A DNA stretch of 64,000 bases from Bacteroidota bacterium (GCA_035506075.1 DATJQB010000290.1:50-64049), one strand, 5' to 3'. Shown: positions 37,164 through 47,494, numbered from the stretch's first letter. Translations and numbers: made by a program. Notes: generated from the sequence alone by a model not told the origin.

Positions 37164-39626
37164 ATGAAAGTACTCAAATTCGGCGGCTCCTCGGTCGCCG
37201 ATGCAAAACGCATTCGATCTGTTGCGCATATCGTCCTGGCAGCGGCCAGGAAAGAGCGCGTGGTGGTTGTCGTCTCGGCCTTCCAGGGGGTCACCAACAT
37301 GCTGCTGCAGTGCGCCCGCAGCGCTGAAAAGGGAGATCTCGCATACGAGCAGCTCTACAATCAGATCGCACACAAGCACAGGGAAGCGATCGACGCGCTG
37401 CTCGAGCGCGGCAAACGGAAGACAACAATCGATGGTGTGGACGAACTCCTCGAAGAACTCCAGAAGGTGCTCCACGGCATGTTTCTCCTCCGAGATTGTC
37501 CGCCACGCGCCCTGGACCTGACGGCAAGTTTCGGTGAGCGCCTCTCTGCCACGATCATCGCTGCATACCTCCAACAACTCCGCCCGGCGGTGTTCGTCGA
37601 CGCGCGCCAGTTTACAATTACGGACGACCAGTTCACGCATGCCGCCGTCCTGTTCGATCAAACAAACAAAAAGATCCGCGCCTATTTCAACCGGCTCGGA
37701 CAGAAGAAAGGCCCGGCGCCGATTCCCGTTGTCACGGGATTTGTTGGTTCAACAGAAGACGGGCGCACAACGACAATCGGTCGCAACGGCTCGGACTATA
37801 CAGCAGCGATTCTCGGCGCAGCACTGAACGCGTCAGTCATCGAGATCTGGACGGATGTCGACGGCATCCTGAGCGCCGACCCGCGGTCGGTGCCTTCAGC
37901 GTTCGTGCTTTCCCAAATGTCGTACGAGGAAGCCATGGAGCTTTCGTACTTCGGGGCGAAGGTCCTCCACCCCGCGACGATTGCTCCAGCTGTGGCGAAG
38001 AAGATTCCCATTGACATCAAGAACACGCTCAACCCCGGCGCACCGGGTACGCGTATCTCCGAGAAAGCTGAAAACTGGGAAGGGGTCGCGAAGGGCATTG
38101 CGTCGGTCGACAACATTGCGCTGCTCACGCTGCGCGGGCTGAGCATGGTCGGTGTCCCCGGAACGGCAGAACGCCTCTTCAGGGCCCTGGCGTCACACCG
38201 CGTCAACGTGATTCTGATTTCCCAGGCTTCATCCGAACACACGATCTGCTTTGCTGTCAGCACCTCTGATCTTGCCGCCGCCAAACGGGCGGTCGGGTCC
38301 GAATTTCACTTCGAGCTCCAGAGCAGGCTGACGAGTCTCGATATCAAGGCCGATCAGACGATCATTGCGATTGTTGGTGAGGGGATGAAGGGAACGCCCG
38401 GCGTCTCGGGCAAAGTATTCCAGGCGCTCGGCCGCAACGGGATCAACGTCTCGGCAATCGCCCAGGGTGCGTCGGAGCGCAATATCTCGTTCGTGATTCA
38501 GTATAGCCAGATGAACCGTGCGCTCAACGTCATTCACGAAGCGTTTTTCGAGAAGCACAAACATCTCGCCGTGATTCTCGTTGGCGTCGGCAATATCGGA
38601 TCGACGCTTCTCCGCCAGCTTCACCAGCAACGAGCCTTTCTCCTTTCCCAGGGTTTCGATGTCAGGGTCTGTGGAATCGCGAACAGCAAGCAGTTCATCC
38701 TCGACCCTGCGGGTATCGATCTGACGGTGTGGCGCGACAAACTTCATCGCTCACACAGAACAATGTCTCTCGGAGAATTTGCCCATCAGGTTGGCCGCAT
38801 GGAGTTGATCAACGCGGTGCTTGTGGATTGCACCGCAAGCTCCGATGTGGTCGAGGCCTACCCCGACTTCGTCAACGCCAATCTCCACATCATCACACCA
38901 AACAAGAAGGCAAACGTTCTGCCGTGGAGCCGCTACAGCGCTTTGCTTGACCTCATGAAGAGCCGGCATCAGCATTTTCTCTACGAAGCCAATGTCGGTG
39001 CGGGGCTGCCCGTGATCTCCACGCTGACCGATCTTATCTCCAGCGGCGATCAGATCGTGAACGTCGAGGGCATTCTCTCGGGAACGCTGAGCTACCTGTT
39101 CAATCACTTTGACGGCACGAAACCGTTCAGTGAGTTCGTCCGCGAGGCAAACCAGCTTGGTTTCACGGAACCCGATCCGCGCGAAGACCTTTCGGGGGGC
39201 GATGTTGCGCGCAAACTTCTCATACTTGCACGCCATCTTGGTCTGAAGCTGGACATGAGCGACATCCACGTGGAGAACCTGATCCCGCGTCCTCTCCGCT
39301 CCGGAGAATTCACCGACGCGTTCTATGCCAGGTTTGCCCGGTTTGATTCCGCCATGCAAGAGCGTTTTCAGAAGGCACACGCGCGCGGCAACGTGCTTCG
39401 GTACGTCGGAACGCTCCGCGGTACCGAGGCATCCGCAGGGCTCAAGGAGGTCCCACCGGACCACCCGTTCGCCGGCACAAGGGGAAGCGACAATATCATC
39501 GCCATTACGACACAGCGGTACGCACGCACTCCCCTTGTTGTTCAGGGCCCGGGAGCAGGCGCCGATGTGACCGCGATGGGTGTCTTTTCGGACATACTGA
39601 AGCTCCTTCACTATCTCCCGTATTGA
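37164..39626 (+). CDS. thrA: Bifunctional aspartate kinase / homoserine dehydrogenase
   Basis: ORF 37032..39626 trimmed to MKVLKFGGSSVADAKRIRSVAHIV (aspartokinase signature KFGGSS). ACT-domain region. C-terminal HSDH (VILVGVGNIGSTLL..., DCTASSDV..., EANVGAGLPVI...). ~820 aa. Confidence 0.88.
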   Translation: MKVLKFGGSSVADAKRIRSVAHIVLAAARKERVVVVVSAFQGVTNMLLQCARSAEKGDLAYEQLYNQIAHKHREAIDALLERGKRKTTIDGVDELLEELQKVLHGMFLLRDCPPRALDLTASFGERLSATIIAAYLQQLRPAVFVDARQFTITDDQFTHAAVLFDQTNKKIRAYFNRLGQKKGPAPIPVVTGFVGSTEDGRTTTIGRNGSDYTAAILGAALNASVIEIWTDVDGILSADPRSVPSAFVLSQMSYEEAMELSYFGAKVLHPATIAPAVAKKIPIDIKNTLNPGAPGTRISEKAENWEGVAKGIASVDNIALLTLRGLSMVGVPGTAERLFRALASHRVNVILISQASSEHTICFAVSTSDLAAAKRAVGSEFHFELQSRLTSLDIKADQTIIAIVGEGMKGTPGVSGKVFQALGRNGINVSAIAQGASERNISFVIQYSQMNRALNVIHEAFFEKHKHLAVILVGVGNIGSTLLRQLHQQRAFLLSQGFDVRVCGIANSKQFILDPAGIDLTVWRDKLHRSHRTMSLGEFAHQVGRMELINAVLVDCTASSDVVEAYPDFVNANLHIITPNKKANVLPWSRYSALLDLMKSRHQHFLYEANVGAGLPVISTLTDLISSGDQIVNVEGILSGTLSYLFNHFDGTKPFSEFVREANQLGFTEPDPREDLSGGDVARKLLILARHLGLKLDMSDIHVENLIPRPLRSGEFTDAFYARFARFDSAMQERFQKAHARGNVLRYVGTLRGTEASAGLKEVPPDHPFAGTRGSDNIIAITTQRYARTPLVVQGPGAGADVTAMGVFSDILKLLHYLPY

Positions 39627-39628
39627 GA

Positions 39629-40585
39629 ATGAGCAAACTGATTCCACGATCGGTCAAGGCATTCGCGCCGGCCACGATCTCCAACCTTGGGCCGGGATTC
39701 GATGTTCTCGGCGTTGCGCTCCACAAGCCCGGCGATTTTGTTCTCGCGCGCAGGCAGGCGGAACCAGGGCTCGAGTTCTCGGTTCGTACGGCCCAGGCGC
39801 AGGTTCCCCTGGAATCGAAATCCAACGTCGCAGCGTACGTTGCGGAACAAATTCTCGCCGAGGTGAAACCGCCGTTCGGCATTCGGATGGAACTCGAGAA
39901 GGCGATGCCGATCGGGTCCGGTCTTGGAAGCTCGGCCGCCAGCAGTGTTGCCTCCGCAATGGCGGTCAATGCGTTGCTTCCCAAGCCGCTCGAGAAGACC
40001 GATTTATTGCGCTTTGCTCTCCAGGGCGAGCTGTTCGCGTGCGGATCGCTTCATGCCGACAATGCCGCTCCTTCGCTTCTTGGAGGCGGCTGCCTGATCC
40101 GGAGCTACGACCCGGTTGATGTCATACCAATTCCTGTCGATCCATCACTCGTGTGGGTTGTCATTCACCCGCATGTTGTTGTGCTCACCAAGAAATCACG
40201 CGCAATCCTTCCGCATCAGATCCCCCTTCGTACAGCGGTGAGGCAATGGGGAAATGTTGCGGGACTTGTGCTTGGCCTTGCCGGTGGAGACAAGGAGCTC
40301 ATCCGCCGGTCCGTTGAGGACGTCATCATGGAACCGCTCCGCTCGAAACTCATTCCGGGCTTCGACGCCGTGAAGGAGTGTGCTCTTGCGGCGGGTGCCC
40401 TCGGGTGTTCCATTTCAGGTTCCGGGCCATCGGTGTTTTCGATCGCATCGTCAATGCAGTCCGCGAAGGTGATCAGCGCTGCAATGGTCCGTGCGTTTCG
40501 TCTTTCAGCCGGAGTCAGCTGCGACAGCTTCATTTCCAGAACCAATCACCATGGTGCGCGCATCGTCTGGAGAAAAGACCGATGA
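39629..40585 (+). CDS. thrB: Homoserine kinase
   Basis: GHMP-kinase motifs: FAPATISNLGPGFDVLGVAL, MPIGSGLGSSAASSVASAMAVNAL. ATG 2 nt after the thrA stop. The ORF-track frame begins at 39623 (TTG). Confidence 0.85.
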   Translation: MSKLIPRSVKAFAPATISNLGPGFDVLGVALHKPGDFVLARRQAEPGLEFSVRTAQAQVPLESKSNVAAYVAEQILAEVKPPFGIRMELEKAMPIGSGLGSSAASSVASAMAVNALLPKPLEKTDLLRFALQGELFACGSLHADNAAPSLLGGGCLIRSYDPVDVIPIPVDPSLVWVVIHPHVVVLTKKSRAILPHQIPLRTAVRQWGNVAGLVLGLAGGDKELIRRSVEDVIMEPLRSKLIPGFDAVKECALAAGALGCSISGSGPSVFSIASSMQSAKVISAAMVRAFRLSAGVSCDSFISRTNHHGARIVWRKDR

Positions 40586-41898
40586 GGTTTCGATCCATCC
40601 TCGGCCAGAGTCCGGTTGTCGGATTTCGCGAAGCTCTCTTCCGCGGGCTTGCACCAGACGGAAGCCTTTACATCCCGGAGTTCATCCCGGCGCTTCGGCT
40701 GTCCCTGAAATCGGCCGGAGACGCTCACCGGCTGCCGGAACTTGCCGCCGAAGTGATTTCTGAATTCGTGGACGATATTCCCCGCGAAGAAATCCGGGCG
40801 ATGACCGAGCGATCGTTCAGCTTCCCCATCCCGCTTATCCGCCTCGAACAAAACCTGTTTCTCCTTGAGCTGTTTCACGGACCGACGCTTGCGTTCAAGG
40901 ATGTCGGTGCGCGGTTCATGGCGCGCGCGCTTTCGTACTTCCTTGCAACGCAGGAACAGCATCTGACCATTGCCGTCGCGACCTCGGGCGACACGGGAAG
41001 CGCGGTGGCTCACGGATTCTTCAACGTCCCCAATATTTCGGTGTTTGTCTTTTACCCGTCCGGCAAGATCAGCAAGCTGCAGGAGCAGCAAATGACCACG
41101 CTCGGCGGAAACATCCATGCCATCGAAGTCGAGGGAACGTTCGACGACTGCCAGCACCTCGTCAAGCGCGCTCTTGCCGATCATGAGCTTGTCCGTCAGA
41201 CCAATCTCACGACGGCCAATTCGATCAATCTCGGCCGGCTGCTTCCGCAGGTAACTTACTACGTCTGGGCGGCGCTCCTGTACAAACAGATGATGGGCGA
41301 AGCTGCGCATGCAGGTCCGGGACCGGCGATTGCCGTTCCGAGCGGTAATTTTGGGAACCTGACAGCTGCGACGTATGCGAAGCGGATGGGATCGCCGATT
41401 GCCGGCTTTCTCTCTGCGAGTAATGCAAACAACGTTGTCCCCGAGTACTTTTCCACGGGCGCATTCAATCCCCGGCCGTCGCTCCAGACGTATTCGAATG
41501 CGATGGATGTCGGCAATCCGAGCAATTTCGCCCGCCTCCTTGCGCTGTACGACAACGATCGCGCGAACCTCCGGCGCGATATTACAGCCATGAGCATCAG
41601 TGACGAAGAGACCGTCACCGAAATGCGGCGAACGTACGACCGGTGCGGGTACGTGCTGGATCCGCATACAGCGGTCGGTGTTGCGGCTGCGCGGCAGGGT
41701 CACTCTTCGGGGACACCGGTGTTGCCCACCATTGTCGCTGCGACAGCGCATCCGGCGAAGTTTCCCGAGGTCGTTTTCAAAGCGCTGGGGAAATCCGTCC
41801 CTCTTCCGCCCCAGCTGGCGGAGGCGATGAGTCACACGAAGAAGAGCGTCCGGATTTCGGCAGACTATGGACGTGTACGTGAACTGCTCGGATCGTGA
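40582..41898 (+). CDS. thrC: Threonine synthase
   Basis: ORF 40378..41898 trimmed to MRFRSILGQSPVVGFREALFRGLAPDGSLYIPE (ATGA overlap with the thrB stop). PLP-lysine region FHGPTLAFKDVG, then ATSGDTGSA. ~438 aa long-form ThrC. Confidence 0.85.
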   Translation: MRFRSILGQSPVVGFREALFRGLAPDGSLYIPEFIPALRLSLKSAGDAHRLPELAAEVISEFVDDIPREEIRAMTERSFSFPIPLIRLEQNLFLLELFHGPTLAFKDVGARFMARALSYFLATQEQHLTIAVATSGDTGSAVAHGFFNVPNISVFVFYPSGKISKLQEQQMTTLGGNIHAIEVEGTFDDCQHLVKRALADHELVRQTNLTTANSINLGRLLPQVTYYVWAALLYKQMMGEAAHAGPGPAIAVPSGNFGNLTAATYAKRMGSPIAGFLSASNANNVVPEYFSTGAFNPRPSLQTYSNAMDVGNPSNFARLLALYDNDRANLRRDITAMSISDEETVTEMRRTYDRCGYVLDPHTAVGVAAARQGHSSGTPVLPTIVAATAHPAKFPEVVFKALGKSVPLPPQLAEAMSHTKKSVRISADYGRVRELLGS

Positions 41899-41974
41899 CG
41901 GATCTCACCTCCGCGAAATTGATTCTCGGGGGTTTTCTCGATAGTATTATGAGTCGATAGCAAAGGGTTCTCGA

Positions 41975-42472
41975 ATGGAACATTATCTTCGGTCTGCTCT
42001 GGTTGCGTTGGCGCTCCTGTTGCTCCAGACGACCTTTTTGCCGTTGGTGTCGATTGGCGGGTTTGTCCCGGATGTGTTTCTCATCTGGGTTGTGTACGTC
42101 GCCGTTCGACGCGGGCAGATCGAAGCAACGATCACGGGATTCATCGTCGGGCTGCTGCAGGATGCCGTCTCGATGCAGTTTTTCGGCTTGAGCGCTCTCA
42201 CGAAGACTATTGCCGGGTTCGTCGCCGGATATTTTTTCAACGACAATAGCACAGAGCAAACGCTGGGCTCGTACCGATTCCTGACGATTGTTCTCCTTTC
42301 ATCCGTCGTCCACAATGTTATCTACTACGGAATCTTCCTTCAGGGAATCCAGGATTCGGTCGTGACAACGACGATTGAGTTCAGCGTCTTCACGGGCCTC
42401 TACACTGTTTTTGTCGGAATGTTTCCCATGTTCGCGTTTGTCCGGAAATACAGACTCTCGCAATCCCTATGA
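41975..42472 (+). CDS. mreD: Rod-shape-determining protein MreD
   Basis: 165-aa polytopic membrane protein (LLLLQTTFLPLVSIGGFVPDVFLIWVVYVAV...GFIVGLLQDAVSMQFFGLSAL...). Its stop overlaps the PBP2 start (ATGA). Sits where mreD is expected relative to mrdA-rodA. Confidence 0.65.
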   Translation: MEHYLRSALVALALLLLQTTFLPLVSIGGFVPDVFLIWVVYVAVRRGQIEATITGFIVGLLQDAVSMQFFGLSALTKTIAGFVAGYFFNDNSTEQTLGSYRFLTIVLLSSVVHNVIYYGIFLQGIQDSVVTTTIEFSVFTGLYTVFVGMFPMFAFVRKYRLSQSL

Positions 42473-44304
42473 TCCACGACGAACAATTCGGATCGCTCGA
42501 ACGGCGCAGAACGCTGACGATCTTCATCCTCGCGGTTTTTGCCCTCTTGATGCTGCGGCTGTATCAGCTGCAGCTGTTGTATCACGTCGAGATGGACAAG
42601 AAATCCGAAGAAAACAGTGTTCGGGCACTCGTCAAGGAACCGGTCAGGGGATACATCTACGATCGAAACGGCAAACTCATCGTGGACGTCGGCCCTTCGT
42701 ATTCCGTCACACTCGTTCCGGCTGAATTCGAAAAGCGCAACATCCCGCTGCTGTCTTCCATCCTCCAGATGGAACCGCAAACGCTCGAGGAGCGCATCAA
42801 CAGGGCGAAAGTATATTCCCCGTTTCTTCCGGCGCGCATCAAGCGTGATGTCGATATGCGGACGCTCGCTGCGATCGAGGAGAATATGACGACGCTCCGC
42901 GGTGTCTCCTTCCAGGTGGAATCGAAACGCGTCTACCCGACAAGCGCCCACGCTTCGCATTTGCTCGGCTATCGACGGGAAATCTCCGATGCTCAACTCA
43001 CCGAGGCAACCGAGGCGAGACCCGGAGATCTTGTCGGCGTCGCCGGCCTTGAATCGCGTTACGAACAGCTCCTGCGCGGCATCAAGGGCTTCGAATATGT
43101 ATCCGTAAACTCCAAGGGACAGATCATTGGAAGCTTCGAGGATGGTAAGCGTGATCGCTCCGCGGAAGAAGGCGACGATCTGCTGTTGAGCGTCGATGTT
43201 GGTCTGCAGGCCTTTGCTGAGTCGCTTATGACGAACTACAGCGGCGCCATCGTTGCGATGGATCCCAACGACGGCGGAATTCTCGCCCTTGTCAGCAAAC
43301 CGGACTACGATCCATCGATCATGAGCGGCGTGACTCCGGCGGACCTGTGGGCTGAGCTTCAGACAAGTCCGACAAAACCGCTCTTCAATCGCGCGACGCT
43401 CACACGCTATCCTCCCGGATCGACATTTAAGATGGTTCTTGCTGCAGCCGCCCTGCAGGAAGGAATTATCGACGAGAACTTTCGCATTCATTGCACCGGC
43501 GGGTTCCGTTTCGGCAACAGAACGTTTACCGATCTTCATGTGCACGGGTCCGTCAACGTTGTCGAGGCAATTCAACGGTCGTGCAACGTGTTCTTTTATC
43601 AACTGATGCTGAAGGTTGGATTTGACAAGTGGACGGAGTACGGACGGCGGTTTGGATTCGGACAATACACGAACACCGATACGGGTGAGGAGACCACCGG
43701 TTTGCTTCCTTCAACCCAGTATTATGATTCGCGTTACGGCAAGGGGAAATGGACGCAGGGCTTTCTCATCAGTCTTGCAATCGGTCAGGGAGAGGTCGGC
43801 GTGTCGCCGCTGCAGATGGCACGCTATGCCGCGGCTCTTGCGAATGGCGGAATTGTGTACCGGCCGCATGCTGTGGAGATGGTTCGCAACAAGGAACGAC
43901 ATACGCTCGATCCGATTCCGCACGATTCCACACTTGTCGGTCTTTCACCCCACGTGATGGACCTGATCAGGGACGGCATGCAGCGGGTGGTCCACGCACC
44001 GGGTGGCACCGGCGGACTTGCACGCATTCCCGGCGTCATTTCGGCCGGCAAAACAGGAACCGCCCAAAATCCGCACGGGAGAGACCATGCCTGGTATATT
44101 GGCTTCGCTCCCTTCGACCACCCGAAGATTGCGATTGCGGTGATGCTTGAGAATTCCGGGTTCGGCGGCGCAAAAGCAGCCCCGCTCGCCGGGCTTGTAA
44201 TGGAGCGCTATCTTTACGGCGAGCTGATTCGCAACAAACCCAAGGCGGTGCAGGCGCAAAAATCTGTTGCCGGCGCACTTCCATCGCCCGACCAACAGCA
44301 TTGA
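42469..44304 (+). CDS. mrdA: Penicillin-binding protein 2 (elongasome transpeptidase)
   Basis: 611 aa. N-terminal TM, dimerisation domain (RGYIYDRNGKLI), transpeptidase motifs STFK (GSTFKMVLAAAAL), SCN (QRSCNVFFYQL), KTG (AGKTGTAQ). Confidence 0.88.
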   Translation: MIHDEQFGSLERRRTLTIFILAVFALLMLRLYQLQLLYHVEMDKKSEENSVRALVKEPVRGYIYDRNGKLIVDVGPSYSVTLVPAEFEKRNIPLLSSILQMEPQTLEERINRAKVYSPFLPARIKRDVDMRTLAAIEENMTTLRGVSFQVESKRVYPTSAHASHLLGYRREISDAQLTEATEARPGDLVGVAGLESRYEQLLRGIKGFEYVSVNSKGQIIGSFEDGKRDRSAEEGDDLLLSVDVGLQAFAESLMTNYSGAIVAMDPNDGGILALVSKPDYDPSIMSGVTPADLWAELQTSPTKPLFNRATLTRYPPGSTFKMVLAAAALQEGIIDENFRIHCTGGFRFGNRTFTDLHVHGSVNVVEAIQRSCNVFFYQLMLKVGFDKWTEYGRRFGFGQYTNTDTGEETTGLLPSTQYYDSRYGKGKWTQGFLISLAIGQGEVGVSPLQMARYAAALANGGIVYRPHAVEMVRNKERHTLDPIPHDSTLVGLSPHVMDLIRDGMQRVVHAPGGTGGLARIPGVISAGKTGTAQNPHGRDHAWYIGFAPFDHPKIAIAVMLENSGFGGAKAAPLAGLVMERYLYGELIRNKPKAVQAQKSVAGALPSPDQQH

Positions 44305-44342
44305 ACAATCCATAATTTCTGAAACTTTTCGAGCGTCACCCC

Positions 44343-45587
44343 ATGTACGATTACCTCAGAGAGTACTTCGACTTCAAGGCACTGCTCATGTGCCTGGCCC
44401 TGGTTGTGTTGGGACTGCTCTCTGTGTACAGCGCCACATTCGACGTCGGAGCGGCCGCAGCGTTCAAGAAGCAGCTCCTCTGGGGGGGAATCGGACTTCT
44501 CGCTCTCTTCACGATGGCATTCTTCCCGATCAGGACTCTTCAGCGGATCGCATTTCCCGTTTATGCCCTGAACCTCCTTCTTCTCTTCATCGTGCTTGTG
44601 ATCGGTGAGCGCGTCTCAGGATCAAAGAGCTGGTTCGGCCTGGGAGGATCGGGCGGAGCGGGAGGCCCGGCGTCGTTTGGTGGCCAACCCTCCGAGTTCG
44701 CGAAGGTCGCAACCGTTCTGGCTCTCTCCGCGTTTCTCGCGCGCACATCGGTCTCCCTCTCAAACGTCAAGCATCTGCTCATCGCGTTTGGCATTGTCGG
44801 GATGCCGATGCTCCTCATCCTTGCTCAACCTGATCTCGGAACCTCCGTCGTATTCTTCGCGATGTTGCTGCCCGTGCTCTACTGGGCCGGCTCATCGAAC
44901 TTTGTCCTCGCCGCAATCATCGCACCCATCATCGCTGCGGCCGGAGCCTTGTTCGGAACGTGGATTTTTCTCCTCTCGCTCGTCGTCAGCGGATCGCTTC
45001 TGTACGCTGCCCGTGAAAACAGGTTTGCCGCGGCGGTCGTTTTTGGTCTCACGCTTGCGGTCGGATTATCCGTCCAGGCGGTCTACGAACGCATGCCTGC
45101 GTATCAGCAGAAACGAATCTCGACGTTCATGAATCCAGGCGCCGATCAAAAAGGAGCGGGATACAACGTTTATCAATCGAAGGTTGCCATTGGCTCCGGA
45201 GGATTCTTCGGCAAGGGATATTTGCAGGGGACGCAAACGCAGTTGAATTTCATCCCCGAACAATGGACGGATTTCATTTTCTGCGTCCCCGGTGAAGAAT
45301 TCGGGTTTGTCGGCGCATCGCTTGTCATAGGATTATTCACGGGTCTCCTGCTTCACGGGGTAAATGTGGCCGGAATGTCCAAAAACAAGTTTGCCAGCGC
45401 GGCGGCCATAGGCATCACCGGGATTTTTGGCTTCCATGTACTCGTCAACATCGGCATGTCGATGGGACTCCTCCCTGTCATCGGCATACCCTTGCCATTT
45501 CTCAGCTATGGTGGATCCGCACTTGTTGCAAACATGGCGATGGTCGGTCTCTTGATGAACTTCTATGCCAACCGCAAAGAGCATTGA
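44343..45587 (+). CDS. rodA: Rod-shape-determining SEDS-family glycosyltransferase RodA
   Basis: 414 aa, ~10 TM helices. FtsW/RodA/SpoVE signatures (KSWFGLGG..., QPSEFAKVATVL, PEQWTDFIF, LPFLSYGGSAL). Confidence 0.88.
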   Translation: MYDYLREYFDFKALLMCLALVVLGLLSVYSATFDVGAAAAFKKQLLWGGIGLLALFTMAFFPIRTLQRIAFPVYALNLLLLFIVLVIGERVSGSKSWFGLGGSGGAGGPASFGGQPSEFAKVATVLALSAFLARTSVSLSNVKHLLIAFGIVGMPMLLILAQPDLGTSVVFFAMLLPVLYWAGSSNFVLAAIIAPIIAAAGALFGTWIFLLSLVVSGSLLYAARENRFAAAVVFGLTLAVGLSVQAVYERMPAYQQKRISTFMNPGADQKGAGYNVYQSKVAIGSGGFFGKGYLQGTQTQLNFIPEQWTDFIFCVPGEEFGFVGASLVIGLFTGLLLHGVNVAGMSKNKFASAAAIGITGIFGFHVLVNIGMSMGLLPVIGIPLPFLSYGGSALVANMAMVGLLMNFYANRKEH

Positions 45588-45713
45588 CGATCGCGTTGTT
45601 GATCTGCTCACACAGTCTTGACGGCTTCGCCCGGTTTTGCCAATTGCCTTTGATTGAAACTCACACCTCTTTTCCTTATCCTGATTCAACAGTTCAATAA
45701 CAGCGCTCGCTGA

Positions 45714-46526
45714 ATGTCCATCGGTTCATTTCTTCTTCTCGTTCTGGGCGGCGGCGTTGCCGGGACAATTGGCGCAATGCTTGGTCTCGGCGGCGGCGTG
45801 TTCCTGACGCCGTTCCTTCTCTTCGTGTTCGGCCTGCCGATGCATCAGGCAATCGCCACCAGTATTCTCGCCGTTATAGCAACCTCCAGTGCCGGGGCCG
45901 CCATGAACATGGAGCGGCAAACGGTCAACATCCGGCTCGGCATGGTGCTTGAGATTGCCACGGTGACGGGGGCGATTTTCGGCGGCATCACGGCAAATCT
46001 CTTGAGCGGAGACGTGCTCTCACACATTTTCGCCACACTTCTCCTTGTGGTTGCCTTCACGATGATCTGGCGGCTCAAACATTCGAGCGACACAGCTCCC
46101 GCAGTTACCGATGGTGCCTTTGCTGCTGCTTACAAAGACGAAGCAACGGGGGCGATGATCCCCTACTCCGCAAAACGAATTCCTGCTGTTCTCGTCGTCT
46201 CGTTGATCGCGGGCAATATCTCAGGACTTCTTGGTGTCGGCGGCGGAATATTCAAGGTCCCCGCGATGCACCTGATCTCCGGCATCCCGATGAAAGCCGC
46301 GACCGCCACCAGCAATTTCATGATTGGCGTCACTGCCGCCGCGAGCGCATTCGTTTACTTTGCTCATGGACATTTGAATCCTTTTGTCGTCGCTCCCGCC
46401 GTGCTGGGCGTGCTCGGCGGATCGTTTCTCGGCGTAAAAGTGAACCGACACATCAAGGGATCGTTTCTCACCTGGATTTTTGCCGGCGTCCTGCTCGTCG
46501 TCGCCGTGCGCATGTTCTGGAAATGA
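45714..46526 (+). CDS. TauE/SafE-family (DUF81) membrane transporter
   Basis: 270 aa with two similar halves, each beginning GGGVAGTIGAMLGLGGGVFLTPFLL / SGLLGVGGGIFKVPAMHLI, as in sulfite-exporter TauE/SafE proteins. Confidence 0.75.
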   Translation: MSIGSFLLLVLGGGVAGTIGAMLGLGGGVFLTPFLLFVFGLPMHQAIATSILAVIATSSAGAAMNMERQTVNIRLGMVLEIATVTGAIFGGITANLLSGDVLSHIFATLLLVVAFTMIWRLKHSSDTAPAVTDGAFAAAYKDEATGAMIPYSAKRIPAVLVVSLIAGNISGLLGVGGGIFKVPAMHLISGIPMKAATATSNFMIGVTAAASAFVYFAHGHLNPFVVAPAVLGVLGGSFLGVKVNRHIKGSFLTWIFAGVLLVVAVRMFWK

Positions 46527-46918
46527 ACGGCATGACCAACCCTTCACCCATACTGCCAGATCGACCGTCCCGGGAACACGCCGTTGAGCGCTGGGTCGGC
46601 CGCGTCCTGCGCTTTGGCGTATTGGGCAGCGCCGGGTTGATCGTCACCGGCCTGCTCGTCGCCTGGTACTCTGCCGGCACGCTTCAGATCCCGCGCGAGA
46701 ACCCGCCCCCCGGCGAAGTTCTCAGGAATCTGTTGAGCGGTACTCTCGACGCTGTCACGCTCATATTCGCGGGCCTGCTCCTGCTGATGCTGACACCGCT
46801 CATACGCGTGCTCACAGCGGCAATCGGATTTGCAGCAGAACGAGACAAGAGGTTTGTTGCCGTCGCTCTTGTGGTCTTTGCGATGTTGCTCGGGGAGTTC
46901 CTGTTTTCACTTCACTGA
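46523..46918 (+). CDS. DUF1634-family small membrane protein (partner of TauE/SafE)
   Basis: 131 aa, 3-4 TM helices. 4-nt overlap with the preceding TauE gene. The DUF81 + DUF1634 pairing is a recurrent arrangement. Confidence 0.55.
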   Translation: MNGMTNPSPILPDRPSREHAVERWVGRVLRFGVLGSAGLIVTGLLVAWYSAGTLQIPRENPPPGEVLRNLLSGTLDAVTLIFAGLLLLMLTPLIRVLTAAIGFAAERDKRFVAVALVVFAMLLGEFLFSLH

Positions 46919-46957
46919 AGCACCACGATGTAGTGCCTTTCACAATGCGGGGATGTC

Positions 46958-47494
46958 ATGATTCTTTCCGACAAGAGGATTCTCGAAGAGGTGAAAAGCG
47001 GTTCGATCGTCATCAAGCCGTTTCATAGGAAGCATCTTGGATCGAACAGTTACGATGTACACCTCGGCGAGTGGATGGCGATGTACAAGGAAGAGATTCT
47101 CGACTGCAGGAAGCACAACAAGGTGCAGCACTTCCGCATCCCGCGTGAGGGGATGATGCTTGTGCCGAGCATGCTCTATCTCGGCGTGACAAAGGAGTAC
47201 ACCGAAACCCACAAGCACGTCCCCTTTCTCGAAGGAAAAAGCAGTATCGGCCGCCTGGGCATTGACATCCACGCAACCGCCGGCAAGGGGGACGTCGGAT
47301 TCTGCAATACCTGGACGCTCGAGATTTCCGTCCGCCATCCCGTCAAGATCTACGCGGGGATGCCCATCGGGCAGCTGATTTATTTCGAGATCTCCGGCGA
47401 AGTGGAGTTTGCATACAGCAGGAAGCCGGGCGCAAAATACAATAAGCGCACGATCAAACCCGTCGAATCCATGATGTGGAAGAATTTCAAATAG
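46958..47494 (+). CDS. dcd: dCTP deaminase
   Basis: 178 aa. MILSDKRILEEVKSGSIVIKPF..., LGSNSYDVHLG, GRLGIDIHATAGKGDVGFCNTWTLEI: dUTPase-fold dCTP deaminase pattern. Confidence 0.85.
   Translation: MILSDKRILEEVKSGSIVIKPFHRKHLGSNSYDVHLGEWMAMYKEEILDCRKHNKVQHFRIPREGMMLVPSMLYLGVTKEYTETHKHVPFLEGKSSIGRLGIDIHATAGKGDVGFCNTWTLEISVRHPVKIYAGMPIGQLIYFEISGEVEFAYSRKPGAKYNKRTIKPVESMMWKNFK

Noticed and set aside
41899-41974. Terminator between thrC and mreD
   Set aside because: Only a weak, imperfect inverted repeat (ccgcgaaattgattctcggggg) followed by ttttctc. It is not convincing, so read-through from thrC into mreD is assumed.
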